Shown here piece by piece: positions 1-15,410 of a stretch of DNA of 64,000 nt. Origin of the DNA: Eledone cirrhosa (taxonomy: Eukaryota); contig OZ024745.1 of assembly GCA_964016885.1 (NCBI GenBank), forward strand, positions 23,436,001 through 23,500,000, written 5' to 3'. The position numbers and the translations under genes are program-made. The stretch's first letter is position 1, and the number at the start of each line of letters is the position of its first letter. Below the pieces are notes generated by a model. It was not told where the DNA came from, searched no databases, and saw only the letters and a program-made list of their open reading frames with translations.

Positions 1-3000
1 ATCAGACAAAATACATTGCAGCAATTACAACAGGGTCGGTGGAGCATCAGACAAAATACATTGCAGCAATTACAACAGGGTCGGCGGAGCATCAGACAAA
101 ATACGTTGCAGCAATTACAACAGGATCGGTGGAGCATCAGACAAAATACTTTGCAGCAATTACAACAGGATCGGTGGAGCATCAGACAAAATACGTTGCA
201 GCAATTACAACAGGATCGGTGGAGCATCAGACAAAATACTTTGCAGCAATTACAACAGGATCGGTGGAGCATCAGACAAAATACTTTGCAGCAATTACAA
301 CAGGATCGGTAGAGCATCAGACAAAATACTTTGCAGCAATTACAACAGGATCGGAGGAGCATCAGACAAAATACTTTGCAGCAATTACAACAGGATCGGT
401 GGAGCATCAGACAAAATACGTTGCAGCAATTACGACAGGATCGGTGGAGCATCAGACAAAATACATTGCAGCAATTACAACAGGGTCGGCGGAGCATCAG
501 ACAAAATACTTTGCAGCAATTACAACAGGATCGGTAGAGCATCAGACAAAATACTTTGCAGCAATTACAACAGGATCGGTGGAGCATCAGACAAAATACG
601 TTGCAGCAATTACAACAGGATCGGTGGAGCATCAGACAAAATACTTTGCAGCAATTACAACAGGATCGGTAGAGCATCAGACAAAATACGTTGCAGCAAT
701 TACGACAGGATCGGTGGAGCATCAGACAAAATACTTTGCAGCAATTACAACAGGATCGGTGGAGCATCAGACAAAATACTTTGCAGCGATTACAACAGGA
801 TCGGTGGAGCATCAGACAAAATACTTTGCAGCAATTACAACAGGATCGGTGGAGCATCAGACAAAATACTTTGCAGCAATTACAACAGGATCGGTGGAGC
901 ATCAGACAAAATACTTTGCAGCAATTACAACAGGATCGGTGGAGCATCAGACAAAATACGTTGCAGCGATTACAACAGGATCGGTGGAGCATCAGACAAA
1001 ATACGTTGCAGCAATTACAACAGGATCGGTGGAGCATCAGACAAAATACGTTGCAGCGATTACAACAGGATCGGTGGAGCATCAGACAAAATACGTTGCA
1101 GCAATTACAACAGGATCGGTGGAGCATCAGACAAAATACGTTGCAGCAATTACAACAGGATCGGTGGAGCATCAGACAAAATACGTTGCAGCGATTACAA
1201 CAGGATCGGTGGAGCATCAGACAAAATACTTTGCAGCAATTACAACAGGATCGGTGGAGCATCAGACAAAATACTTTGCAGCAATTACAACAGGATCGGT
1301 GGAGCATCAGACAAAATACTTTGCAGCAATTACAACAGGATCGGTGGAGCATCAGACAAAATACTTTGCAGCAATTACAACAGGATCGGTGGAGCATCAG
1401 ACAAAATACTTTGCAGCAATTACAACAGGATCGGTGGAGCATCAGACAAAATACTTTGCAGCAATTACAACAGGATCGGTGGAGCATCAGACAAAATACT
1501 TTGCAGCAATTACAACAGGATCGGTGGAGCATCAGACAAAATACGTTGCAGCAATTACAACAGGATCGGTGGAGCATCAGACAAAATACTTTGCAGCAAT
1601 TACAACAGGATCGGTGGAGCATCAGACAAAATACTTTGCAGCAATTACAACAGGATCGGTGGAGCATCAGACAAAATACTTTGCAGCAATTACAACAGGA
1701 TCGGTGGAGCATCAGACAAAATACTTTGCAGCAATTACAACAGGATCGGTGGAGCATCAGACAAAATACTTTGCAGCAATTACAACAGGATCGGTGGAAC
1801 ATCAGACAAAATACTTTGCAGCAATTACAACAGGATCGGTGGAGCATCAGACAAAATACTTTGCAGCAATTACAACAGGATCGGTGGAGCATCAGACAAA
1901 ATACTTTGCAGCAATTACAACAGGATCGGTGGAGCATCAGACAAAATACTTTGCAGCAATTACAACAGGATCGGTGGAGCATCAGACAAAATACTTTGCA
2001 GCAATTACAACAGGATCGGTGGAGCATCAGACAAAATACTTTGCAGCAATTACAACAGGATCGGTGGAGCATCAGACAAAATACGTTGCAGCAATTACAA
2101 CAGGATCGGTGGAGCATCAGACAAAATACTTTGCAGCAATTACAACAGGATCGGTGGAGCATCAGACAAAATACTTTGCAGCAATTACAACAGGATCGGT
2201 GGAGCATCAGACAAAATACTTTGCAGCAATTACAACAGGATCGGTGGAGCATCAGACAAAATACTTTGCAGCAATTACAACAGGATCGGTGGAGCATCAG
2301 ACAAAATACTTTGCAGCAATTACAACAGGATCGGTGGAGCATCAGACAAAATACTTTGCAGCAATTACAACAGGATCGGTGGAGCATCAGACAAAATACT
2401 TTGCAGCAATTACAACAGGATCGGTGGAGCATCAGACAAAATACTTTGCAGCAATTACAACAGGATCGGTGGAGCATCAGACAAAATACTTTGCAGCAAT
2501 TACAACAGGATCGGTGGAGCATCAGACAAAATACGTTGCAGCAATTACAACAGGATCGGTGGAGCATCAGACAAAATACTTTGCAGCAATTACAACAGGA
2601 TCGGTGGAGCATCAGACAAAATACTTTGCAGCAATTACAACAGGATCGGTGGAGCATCAGACAAAATACTTTGCAGCAATTACAACAGGATCGGTGGAGC
2701 ATCAGACAAAATACTTTGCAGCAATTACAACAGGATCGGTGGAGCATCAGACAAAATACGTTGCAGCAATTACAACAGGATCGGTGGAGCATCAGACAAA
2801 ATACTTTGCAGCAATTACAACAGGATCGGTGGAGCATCAGACAAAATACGTTGCAGCAATTACAACAGGATCGGTAGAGCATCAGACAAAATACTTTGCA
2901 GCAATTACAACAGGATCGGTGGAGCATCAGACAAAATACTTTGCAGCAATTACAACAGGATCGGTGGAGCATCAGACAAAATACTTTGCAGCAATTACAA

Positions 3001-6000
3001 CAGGATCGGTGGAGCATCAGACAAAATACGTTGCAGCAATTACAACAGGATCGGTGGAGCATCAGACAAAATACGTTGCAGCAATTACAACAGGATCGGT
3101 AGAGCATCAGACAAAATACTTTGCAGCAATTACAACAGGATCGGTGGAGCATCAGACAAAATACTTTGCAGCAATTACAACAGGATCGGTGGAGCATCAG
3201 ACAAAATACTTTGCAGCAATTACAACAGGATCGGTGGAGCATCAGACAAAATACGTTGCAGCAATTACAACAGGATCGGTGGAGCATCAGACAAAATACG
3301 TTGCAGCAATTACAACAGGATCGGTAGAGCATCAGACAAAATACTTTGCAGCAATTACAACAGGATCGGTGGAGCATCAGACAAAATACTTTGCAGCAAT
3401 TACAACAGGATCGGTGGAGCATCAGACAAAATACTTTGCAGCAATTACAACAGGATCGGTGGAGCATCAGACAAAATACGTTGCAGCAATTACAACAGGA
3501 TCGGTGGAGCATCAGACAAAATACTTTGCAGCAATTACAACAGGATCGGTAGAGCATCAGACAAAATACTTGCAGCAATTACAACAGGATCGGTGGAGCA
3601 TCAGACAAAATACTTTGCAGCAATTACAACAGGATCGGTGGAGCATCAGACAAAATACGTTGCAGCAATTACAACAGGATCGGTAGAGCATCAGACAAAA
3701 TACGTTGCAGCAATTACAACAGGATCGGTGGAGCATCAGACAAAATACGTTGCAGCAATTACAACAGGATCGGTGGAGCATCAGACAAAATACTTTGCAG
3801 CAATTACAACAGGATCGGTGGAGCATCAGACAAAATACGTTGCAGCAATTACAACAGGATCGGTAGAGCATCAGACAAAATACTTTGCAGCAATTACAAC
3901 AGGATCGGTGGAGCATCAGACAAAATACTTTGCAGCAATTACAACAGGATCGGTGGAGCATCAGACAAAATACTTTGCAGCAATTACAACAGGATCGGTG
4001 GAGCATCAGACAAAATACTTGCAGCAATTACAACAGGATCGGTGGAGCATCAGACAAAATACTTTGCAGCAATTACAACAGGATCGGTGGAGCATCAGAC
4101 AAAATACTTTGCAGCAATTACAACAGGATCGGTGGAGCATCAGACAAAATACTTTGCAGCAATTACAACAGGATCGGTGGAGCATCAGACAAAATACTTT
4201 GCAGCAATTACAACAGGATCGGTGGAGCATCAGACAAAATACGTTGCAGCAATTACAACAGGATCGGTGGAGCATCAGACAAAATACTTTGCAGCAATTA
4301 CAACAGGATCGGTGGAGCATCAGACAAAATACTTTGCAGCAATTACAACAGGATCGGTGGAGCATCAGACAAAATACGTTGCAGCAATTACAACAGGATC
4401 GGTAGAGCATCAGACAAAATACTTTGCAGCAATTACAACAGGATCGGTGGAGCATCAGACAAAATACTTTGCAGCAATTACAACAGGATCGGTGGAGCAT
4501 CAGACAAAATACTTTGCAGCAATTACAACAGGATCGGTGGAGCATCAGACAAAATACGTTGCAGCAATTACAACAGGATCGGTGGAGCATCAGACAAAAT
4601 ACTTTGCAGCAATTACAACAGGATCGGTAGAGCATCAGACAAAATACGTTTGCAGCAATTACAACAGGATCGGTGGAGCATCAGACAAAATACTTTGCAG
4701 CAATTACAACAGGATCGGTGGAGCATCAGACAAAATACGTTGCAGCAATTACAACAGGATCGTAGAGCATCAGACAAAATACGTTGCAGCAATTACAACA
4801 GGATCGGTGGAGCATCAGACAAAATACGTTGCAGCAATTACAACAGGATCGGTGGAGCATCAGACAAAATACTTTGCAGCAATTACAACAGATCGGTGGA
4901 GCATCAGACAAAATACGTTGCAGCAATTACAACAGGATCGGTAGAGCATCAGACAAAATACTTTGCAGCAATTACAACAGGATCGGTGGAGCATCAGACA
5001 AAATACGTTGCAGCAATTACAACAGGATCGGTGGAGCATCAGACAAAATACGTTGCAGCAATTACAACAGGATCGGTGGAGCATCAGACAAAATACTTTG
5101 CAGCAATTACAACAGGATCGGTAGAGCATCAGACAAAATACTTTGCAGCAATTACAACAGGATCGGTAGAGCATCAGACAAAATACTTTGCAGCAATTAC
5201 AACAGGATCGGTGGAGCATCAGACAAAATACTTTGCAGCAATTACAACAGGATCGGTGGAGCATCAGACAAAATACGTTGCAGCGATTACAACAGGATCG
5301 GTGGAGCATCAGACAAAATACTTTGCAGCAATTACAACAGGATCGGTAGAGCATCAGACAAAATACTTTGCAGCAATTACAACAGGATCGGTGGAGCATC
5401 AGACAAAATACGTTGCAGCAATTACAACAGGATCGGTGGAGCATCAGACAAAATACGTTGCAGCAATTACAACAGGATCGGTAGAGCATCAGACAAAATA
5501 CTTTGCAGCAATTACAACAGGATCGGTGGAGCATCAGACAAAATACTTTGCAGCAATTACAACAGGATCGGTAGAGCATCAGACAAAATACTTTGCAGCA
5601 ATTACAACAGGATCGGTGGAGCATCAGACAAAATACTTTGCAGCAATTACAACAGGATCGGTGGAGCATCAGACAAAATACTTTGCAGCAATTACAACAG
5701 GATCGGTGGAGCATCAGACAAAATACTTTGCAGCAATTACAACAGGATCGGTGGAGCATCAGACAAAATACTTTGCAGCAATTACAACAGGATCGGTGGA
5801 GCATCAGACAAAATACTTTGCAGCAATTACAACAGGATCGGTAGAGCATCAGACAAAATACTTTGCAGCAATTACAACAGGATCGGTGGAGCATCAGACA
5901 AAATACGTTGCAGCAATTACAACAGGATCGGTGGAGCATCAGACAAAATACGTTGCAGCAATTACAACAGGATCGGTAGAGCATCAGACAAAATACTTTG

Positions 6001-9000
6001 CAGCAATTACAACAGGATCGGTAGAGCATCAGACAAAATACTTTGCAGCAATTACAACAGGATCGGTGGAGCATCAGACAAAATACGTTGCAGCAATTAC
6101 AACAGGATCGGTGGAGCATCAGACAAAATACTTTGCAGCAATTACAACAGGATCGGTAGAGCATCAGACAAAATACTTTGCAGCAATTACAACAGGATCG
6201 GTGGAGCATCAGACAAAATACTTTGCAGCAATTACAACAGGATCGGTGGAGCATCAGACAAAATACTTTGCAGCAATTACAACAGGATCGGTGGAGCATC
6301 AGACAAAAACACTTTGCAGCAATTACAACAGGATCGTGGAGCATCAGACAAAACACTTTGCAGCAATTACAACAGGATCGGTGGAGCATCAGACAAAATA
6401 CTTTGCAGCAATTACAACAGGATCGGTGGAGCATCAGACAAAATACTTTGCAGCAATTACAACAGGATCGGTGGAGCATCAGACAAAACACTTTGCAGCG
6501 ATTACAACAGGATCGGTGGAGCATCAGACAAAATACTTTGCAGCAATTACAACAGGATCGGTGGAGCATCAGACAAAACACTTTGCAGCAATTACAACAG
6601 GGATCGGTAGAGCATCAGACAAAATACTTTGCAGCGATTACAACAGGATCGGTGGAGCATCAGACAAAATACTTTGCAGCAATTACAACAGGATCGGTGG
6701 AGCATCAGACAAAATACGTTGCAGCAATTACAACAGGATCGGTAGAGCATCAGACAAAATACTTTGCAGCAATTACAACAGGATCGGTGGAGCATCAGAC
6801 AAAATACGTTGCAGCAATTACAACAGGATCGGTGGAGCATCAGACAAAACACTTTGCAGCAATTACAACAGGATCGGTGGAGCATCAGACAAAATACGTT
6901 GCAGCGATTACAACAGGATCGGTGGAGCATCAGACAAAATACTTTGCAGCAATTACAACAGGATCGGTGGAGCATCAGACAAAATACTTTGCAGCAATTA
7001 CAACAGGATCGGTGGAGCATCAGACAAAATACGTTGCAGCAATTACAACAGGATCGGTGGAGCATCAGACAAAATACTTTGCAGCAATTACAACAGGATC
7101 GGTGGAGCATCAGACAAAATACTTTGCAGCAATTACAACAGGATCGGTGGAGCATCAGACAAAATACGTTGCAGCAATTACAACAGGATCGGTGGAGCAT
7201 CAGACAAAATACTTTGCAGCAATTACAACAGGATCGGTGGAGCATCAGACAAAATACTTTGCAGCAATTACAACAGGATCGGTGGAGCATCAGACAAAAT
7301 ACGTTGCAGCGATTACAACAGGATCGGTGGAGCATCAGACAAAATACGTTGCAGCAATTACAACAGGATCGGTGGAGCATCAGAGAAAATACGTTGCAGC
7401 GATTACAACAGGATCGGTGGAGCATCAGACAAAATACGTTGCAGCAATTACAACAGGATCGGTGGAGCATCAGACAAAATACGTTGCAGCAATTACAACA
7501 GGATCGGTGGAGCATCAGACAAAATACTTTGCAGCAATTACAACAGGATCGGTGGAGCATCAGACAAAATACTTTGCAGCAATTACGACAGGATCGGTGG
7601 AGCATCAGACAAAATACTTTGCAGCAATTACAACAGGATCGGTGGAGCATCAGACAAAATACTTTGCAGCAATTACAACAGGATCGGTGGAGCATCAGAC
7701 AAAATACTTTGCAGCAATTACAACAGGATCGGTGGAGCATCAGACAAAATACTTTGCAGCGATTACAACAGGATCGGTGGAGCATCAGACAAAATACTTT
7801 GCAGCGATTACAACAGGATCGGTGGAGCATCAGACAAAATAGTTTGCAGCGATTACAACAGGATCGGTGGAGCATCAGACAAAATACGTTGCAGCAATTA
7901 CAACAGGATCGGTGGAGCATCAGACAAAATACTTTGCAGCGATTACAACAGGATCGGTGGAGCATCAGACAAAATACTTTGCAGCAATTACAACAGGATC
8001 GGTGGAGCATCAGACAAAATACTTTGCAGCGATTACAACAGGATCGGTGGAGCATCAGACAAAATACTTTGCAGCGATTACAACAGGATCGGTGGAGCAT
8101 CAGACAAAATACGTTGCAGCGATTACAACAGGATCGGTGGAGCATCAGACAAAATACGTTGCAGCAATTACAACAGGATCGGTGGAGCATCAGACAAAAT
8201 ACGTTGCAGCAATTACAACAGGATCGGTGGAGCATCAGACAAAATACTTTGCAGCGATTACAACAGGATCGGTGGAGCATCAGAGAAAATACGTTGCAGC
8301 AATTACAACAGGATCGGTGGAGCATCAGACAAAATACTTTGCAGCAATTACGACAGGATCGGTGGAGCATCAGACAAAATACGTTGCAGCGATTACAACA
8401 GGATCGGTGGAGCATCAGACAAAATACGTTGCAGCGATTACAACAGGATCGGTGGAGCATCAGACAAAATACGTTGCAGCAATTACAACAGGATCGGTGG
8501 AGCATCAGACAAAATACGTTGCAGCAATTACAACAGGATCGGTGGAGCATCAGACAAAATACTTTGCAGCAATTACAACAGGATCGGTGGAGCATCAGAC
8601 AAAATACTTTGCAGCAATTACAACAGGATCGGTGGAGCATCAGACAAAATACTTTGCAGCAATTACAACAGGATCGGTGGAGCATCAGACAAAATACTTT
8701 GCAGCAATTACAACAGGATCGGTGGAGCATCAGACAAAATACGTTGCAGCAATTACAACAGGATCGGTGGAGCATCAGACAAAATACGTTGCAGCAATTA
8801 CAACAGGATCGGTGGAGCATCAGACAAAATACTTTGCAGCAATTACAACAGGATCGGTGGAGCATCAGACAAAACACTTTGCAGCAATTACAACAGGATC
8901 GGTAGAGCATCAGACAAAATACTTTGCAGCGATTACAACAGGATCGGTGGAGCATCAGACAAAATACTTTGCAGCAATTACAACAGGATCGGTGGAGCAT

Positions 9001-12000
9001 CAGACAAAATACGTTGCAGCAATTACAACAGGATCGGTAGAGCATCAGACAAAATACTTTGCAGCAATTACAACAGGATCGGTGGAGCATCAGACAAAAT
9101 ACGTTGCAGCAATTACAACAGGATCGGTGGAGCATCAGACAAAACACTTTGCAGCAATTACAACAGGATCGGTGGAGCATCAGACAAAATACGTTGCAGC
9201 GATTACAACAGGATCGGTGGAGCATCAGACAAAATACTTTGCAGCAATTACAACAGGATCGGTGGAGCATCAGACAAAATACTTTGCAGCAATTACAACA
9301 GGATCGGTGGAGCATCAGACAAAATACGTTGCAGCAATTACAACAGGATCGGTGGAGCATCAGACAAAATACTTTGCAGCAATTACAACAGGATCGGTGG
9401 AGCATCAGACAAAATACTTTGCAGCAATTACAACAGGATCGGTGGAGCATCAGACAAAATACGTTGCAGCAATTACAACAGGATCGGTGGAGCATCAGAC
9501 AAAATACTTTGCAGCAATTACAACAGGATCGGTGGAGCATCAGACAAAATACTTTGCAGCAATTACAACAGGATCGGTGGAGCATCAGACAAAATACGTT
9601 GCAGCGATTACAACAGGATCGGTGGAGCATCAGACAAAATACGTTGCAGCAATTACAACAGGATCGGTGGAGCATCAGAGAAAATACGTTGCAGCGATTA
9701 CAACAGGATCGGTGGAGCATCAGACAAAATACGTTGCAGCAATTACAACAGGATCGGTGGAGCATCAGACAAAATACGTTGCAGCAATTACAACAGGATC
9801 GGTGGAGCATCAGACAAAATACTTTGCAGCAATTACAACAGGATCGGTGGAGCATCAGACAAAATACTTTGCAGCAATTACGACAGGATCGGTGGAGCAT
9901 CAGACAAAATACTTTGCAGCAATTACAACAGGATCGGTGGAGCATCAGACAAAATACTTTGCAGCAATTACAACAGGATCGGTGGAGCATCAGACAAAAT
10001 ACTTTGCAGCAATTACAACAGGATCGGTGGAGCATCAGACAAAATACTTTGCAGCGATTACAACAGGATCGGTGGAGCATCAGACAAAATACTTTGCAGC
10101 GATTACAACAGGATCGGTGGAGCATCAGACAAAATAGTTTGCAGCGATTACAACAGGATCGGTGGAGCATCAGACAAAATACGTTGCAGCAATTACAACA
10201 GGATCGGTGGAGCATCAGACAAAATACGTTGCAGCGATTACAACAGGATCGGTGGAGCATCAGACAAAATACGTTGCAGCAATTACAACAGGATCGGTGG
10301 AGCATCAGACAAAATACGTTGCAGCGATTACAACAGGATCGGTGGAGCATCAGAGAAAATACTTTGCAGCGATTACAACAGGATCGGTGGAGCATCAGAG
10401 AAAATACGTTGCAGCAATTACAACAGGATCGGTGGAGCATCAGACAAAATACTTTGCAGCAATTACAACAGGATCGGTGGAGCATCAGACAAAATACGTT
10501 GCAGCAATTACAACAGGATCGGTGGAGCATCAGACAAAATACGTTGCAGCAATTACAACAGGATCGGTGGAGCATCAGACAAAATAGTTTGCAGCAATTA
10601 CAACAGGATCGGTGGAGCATCAGACAAAATACTTTGCAGCAATTACAACAGGATCGGTGGAGCATCAGACAAAATACGTTGCAGCAATTACAACAGGATC
10701 GGTGGAGCATCAGACAAAATACGTTGCAGCAATTACAACAGGATCGGTGGAGCATCAGACAAAATACGTTGCAGCAATTACAACAGGATCGGTGGAGCAT
10801 CAGACAAAATACTTTGCAGCGATTACAACAGGATCGGTGGAGCATCAGAGAAAATACGTTGCAGCAATTACAACAGGATCGGTGGAGCATCAGACAAAAT
10901 ACGTTGCAGCAATTACAACAGGATCGGTGGAGCATCAGACAAAATACTTTGCAGCGATTACAACAGGATCGGTGGAGCATCAGACAAAATACGTTGCAGC
11001 AATTACAACAGGATCGGTGGAGCATCAGACAAAATACTTTGCAGCGATTACAACAGGATCGGTGGAGCATCAGACAAAATACTTTGCAGCAATTACAACA
11101 GGATCGGTGGAGCATCAGACAAAATACGTTGCAGCGATTACAACAGGATCGGTGGAGCATCAGACAAAATACTTTGCAGCGATTACAACAGGATCGGTGG
11201 AGCATCAGACAAAATACTTTGCAGCGATTACAACAGGATCGGTGGAGCATCAGACAAAATACGTTGCAGCGATTACAACAGGATCGGTGGAGCATCAGAC
11301 AAAATACGTTGCAGCGATTACAACAGGATCGGTGGAGCATCAGACAAAATACTTTGCAGCGATTACAACAGGATCGGTGGAGCATCAGAGAAAATACGTT
11401 GCAGCAATTACAACAGGATCGGTGGAGCATCAGAGAAAATACGTTGCAGCGATTACAACAGGATCGGTGGAGCATCAGACAAAATACTTTGCAGCAATTA
11501 CAACAGGATCGGTAGAGCATCAGACAAAATACGTTGCAGCAATTACAACAGGATCGGTGGAGCATCAGACAAAATACTTTGCAGCGATTACAACAGGATC
11601 GGTGGAGCATCAGAGAAAATACGTTGCAGCAATTACAACAGGATCGGTGGAGCATCAGACAAAATACTTTGCAGCAATTACGACAGGATCGGTGGAGCAT
11701 CAGACAAAATACTTTGCAGCAATTACAACAGGATCGGTGGAGCATCAGACAAAATACTTTGCAGCAATTACGACAGGATCGGTGGAGCATCAGACAAAAT
11801 ACTTTGCAGCAATTACGACAGGATCGGTGGAGCATCAGACAAAATACGTTGCAGCAATTACGACAGGATCGGTGGAGCATCAGACAAAATACTTTGCAGC
11901 AATTACAACAGGATCGGTGGAGCATCAGACAAAATACTTTGCAGCAATTACGACAGGATCGGTGGAGCATCAGACAAAATACGTTGCAGCAATTACGACA

Positions 12001-14878
12001 GGATCGGTGGAGCATCAGACAAAATACTTTGCAGCAATTACGACAGGATCGGTGGAGCATCAGACAAAATACGTTGCAGCAATTACGACAGGATCGGTGG
12101 AGCATCAGACAAAATACTTTGCAGCAATTACGACAGGATCGGTGGAGCATCAGACAAAATACGTTGCAGCAATTACGACAGGATCGGTGGAGCATCAGAC
12201 AAAATACTTTGCAGCAATTACGACAGGATCGGTGGAGCATCAGACAAAATACGTTGCAGCAATTACGACAGGATCGGTGGAGCATCAGACAAAATACTTT
12301 GCAGCAATTACGACAGGATCGGTGGAGCATCAGACAAAATACGTTGCAGCAATTACGACAGGATCGGTGGAGCATCAGACAAAATACTTTGCAGCAATTA
12401 CGACAGGATCGGTGGAGCATCAGACAAAATACGTTGCAGCAATTACGACAGGATCGGTGGAGCATCAGACAAAATACTTTGCAGCAATTACAACAGGATC
12501 GGTGGAGCATCAGACAAAATACTTTGCAGCAATTACAACAGGATCGGTGGAGCATCAGACAAAATACGTTGCAGCAATTACAACAGGATCGGTGGAGCAT
12601 CAGACAAAATACGTTGCAGCAATTACGACAGGATCGGTGGAGCATCAGACAAAATACTTTGCAGCAATTACAACAGGATCGGTGGAGCATCAGACAAAAT
12701 ACTTTGCAGCAATTACAACAGGATCGGTGGAGCATCAGACAAAATACGTTGCAGCAATTACAACAGGATCGGTGGAGCATCAGACAAAATACGTTGCAGC
12801 GATTACAACAGGATCGGTGGAGCATCAGACAAAATACGTTGCAGCAATTACAACAGGATCGGTGGAGCATCAGACAAAATACTTTGCAGCAATTACAACA
12901 GGATCGGTGGAGCATCAGACAAAATAGTTTGCAGCGATTACAACAGGATCGGTGGAGCATCAGACAAAATACTTTGCAGCAATTACAACAGGATCGGTGG
13001 AGCATCAGACAAAATACGTTGCAGCAATTACAACAGGATCGGTGGAGCATCAGACAAAATAGTTTGCAGCGATTACAACAGGATCGGTGGAGCATCAGAC
13101 AAAATACTTTGCAGCAATTACAACAGGATCGGTGGAGCATCAGACAAAATACGTTGCAGCAATTACAACAGGATCGGTGGAGCATCAGACAAAATAGTTT
13201 GCAGCAATTACAACAGGATCGGTGGAGCATCAGACAAAATACTTTGCAGCAATTACAACAGGATCGGTGGAGCATCAGACAAAATACTTTGCAGCAATTA
13301 CAACAGGATCGGTGGAGCATCAGACAAAATAGTTTGCAGCGATTACAACAGGATCGGTGGAGCATCAGACAAAATACTTTGCAGCAATTACAACAGGATC
13401 GGTGGAGCATCAGACAAAATACGTTGCAGCAATTACAACAGGATCGGTGGAGCATCAGACAAAATACTTTGCAGCAATTACAACAGGATCGGTGGAGCAT
13501 CAGACAAAATACTTTGCAGCAATTACAACAGGATCGGTGGAGCATCAGACAAAATACGTTGCAGCAATTACAACAGGATCGGTGGAGCATCAGACAAAAT
13601 ACTTTGCAGCAATTACAACAGGATCGGCGGAGCATCAGACAAAATACTTTGCAGCAATTACAACAGGATCGGTGGAGCATCAGACAAAATAGTTTGCAGC
13701 AATTACAACAGGATCGGTGGAGCATCAGACAAAATACTTTGCAGCAATTACAACAGGATCGGTGGAGCATCAGACAAAATACTTTGCAGCAATTACAACA
13801 GGATCGGTGGAGCATCAGACAAAATAGTTTGCAGCGATTACAACAGGATCGGTGGAGCATCAGACAAAATAGTTTGCAGCGATTACAACAGGATCGGTGG
13901 AGCATCAGACAAAATAGTTTGCAGCGATTACAACAGGATCGGTGGAGCATCAGACAAAATACTTTGCAGCAATTACAACAGGATCGGTGGAGCATCAGAC
14001 AAAATACTTTGCAGCAATTACAACAGGATCGGTAGAGCATCAGACAAAATACGTTGCAGCAATTACAACAGGATCGGTGGAGCATCAGACAAAATACTTT
14101 GCAGCAATTACAACAGGATCGGTGGAGCATCAGACAAAATACGTTGCAGCAATTACAACAGGATCGGTAGAGCATCAGACAAAATACTTTGCAGCAATTA
14201 CAACAGGATCGGTGGAGCATCAGACAAAATACGTTGCAGCAATTACAACAGGATCGGTAGAGCATCAGACAAAATACGTTGCAGCAATTACAACAGGATC
14301 GGTGGAGCATCAGACAAAATACTTTGCAGCAATTACAACAGGATCGGTGGAGCATCAGACAAAATACGTTGCAGCAATTACAACAGGATCGGTAGAGCAT
14401 CAGACAAAATACTTTGCAGCAATTACAACAGGATCGGTGGAGCATCAGACAAAATACGTTGCAGCAATTACAACAGGATCGGTGGAGCATCAGACAAAAT
14501 ACTTTGCAGCAATTACAACAGGATCGGTGGAGCATCAGACAAAATACTTTGCAGCAATTACAACAGGATCGGTGGAGCATCAGACAAAATACTTTGCAGC
14601 AATTACAACAGGATCGGTGGAGCATCAGACAAAATACTTTGCAGCAATTACAACAGGATCGGTGGAGCATCAGACAAAATACTTTGCAGCAATTACAACA
14701 GGATCGGTGGAGCATCAGACAAAATACTTTGCAGCAATTACAACAGGATCGGTGGAGCATCAGACAAAATACTTTGCAGCAATTACAACAGGATCGGTGG
14801 AGCATCAGACAAAATACTTTGCAGCAATTACAACAGGATCGGTGGAGCATCAGACAAAATACTTTGCAGCGATTACGA
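1..14878. repeat. 45-bp tandem satellite, about 330 copies, running off the left edge
   Basis: Unit GGATCGGTGGAGCATCAGACAAAATACTTTGCAGCAATTACAACA with a few recurrent variants (TTT/GTT, GTGG/GTAG, CAAT/CGAT, ACAA/ACGA, TAC/TAG). Confidence 0.99.
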
Positions 14879-14920
14879 CTTTCTCAGTTCGAGTCCCGCC
14901 GAGGTCAATTTTGCCTTCCC
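14836..14920 (+). mobile_element. Truncated family-A SINE continuous with the last 45-bp unit
   Basis: GTTCGAGTCCCGCCGAGGTCAATTTTGCCTT (B-box plus start of core) matches GTTCAAATCCCGCCGAGGTTAACTTTGCCTT in the copies at 44945 and 48739. Confidence 0.75.
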
Positions 14921-15410
14921 CCTCTCCCACCTCCACCCCTTTTTCCACCTCCTTCTATCCCTCCTCCTCTTCCCCCTCTCCCACCGCCGCGCCCTCTTTT
15001 TATCCATCCCCTTTCCCCCCTCCTTCCCCACCTCCCCTTCCTCCCATTTCCCACCTTTTCTTCTCTCCCTCTCCCAGACTCCCCCCCTTCTATTCCTCGC
15101 CACCACCTTCTCTCCCTCCTCCGCTTCCTCCTCTCCCCCTCTGTTACCCCCCCCCCCTCTCCTCCTCCTTCACCCCCTTCTCCCCCTCTTCCTCCGTCTC
15201 CCCTTTATATTCTCCTCTCCTCCTCCTCCTCTTCCTCCGTCTCCCCTTTCTATCCTCCTCCTCCTCCTCCTCTTCCCTATCTCCCCTTTCTCTCCTCCTC
15301 TTCCCCCGCCTTCACTTTATCCCCCCTCTTCATCCGTCTCCCCTTTATCCCCCCCTCCTCTCCCGCCTCCTCACCCCCTTCTCTTCCTCACCTCTCACTA
15401 CCACTCACCT
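14920..15410. repeat. Polypyrimidine (C/T) low-complexity tract
   Basis: Almost only C and T. Confidence 0.9.

Noticed and set aside
3560-6610. Cluster of single-base indels read as programmed frameshifts
   Set aside because: Mostly in short homopolymers and confined to one zone; likely consensus errors
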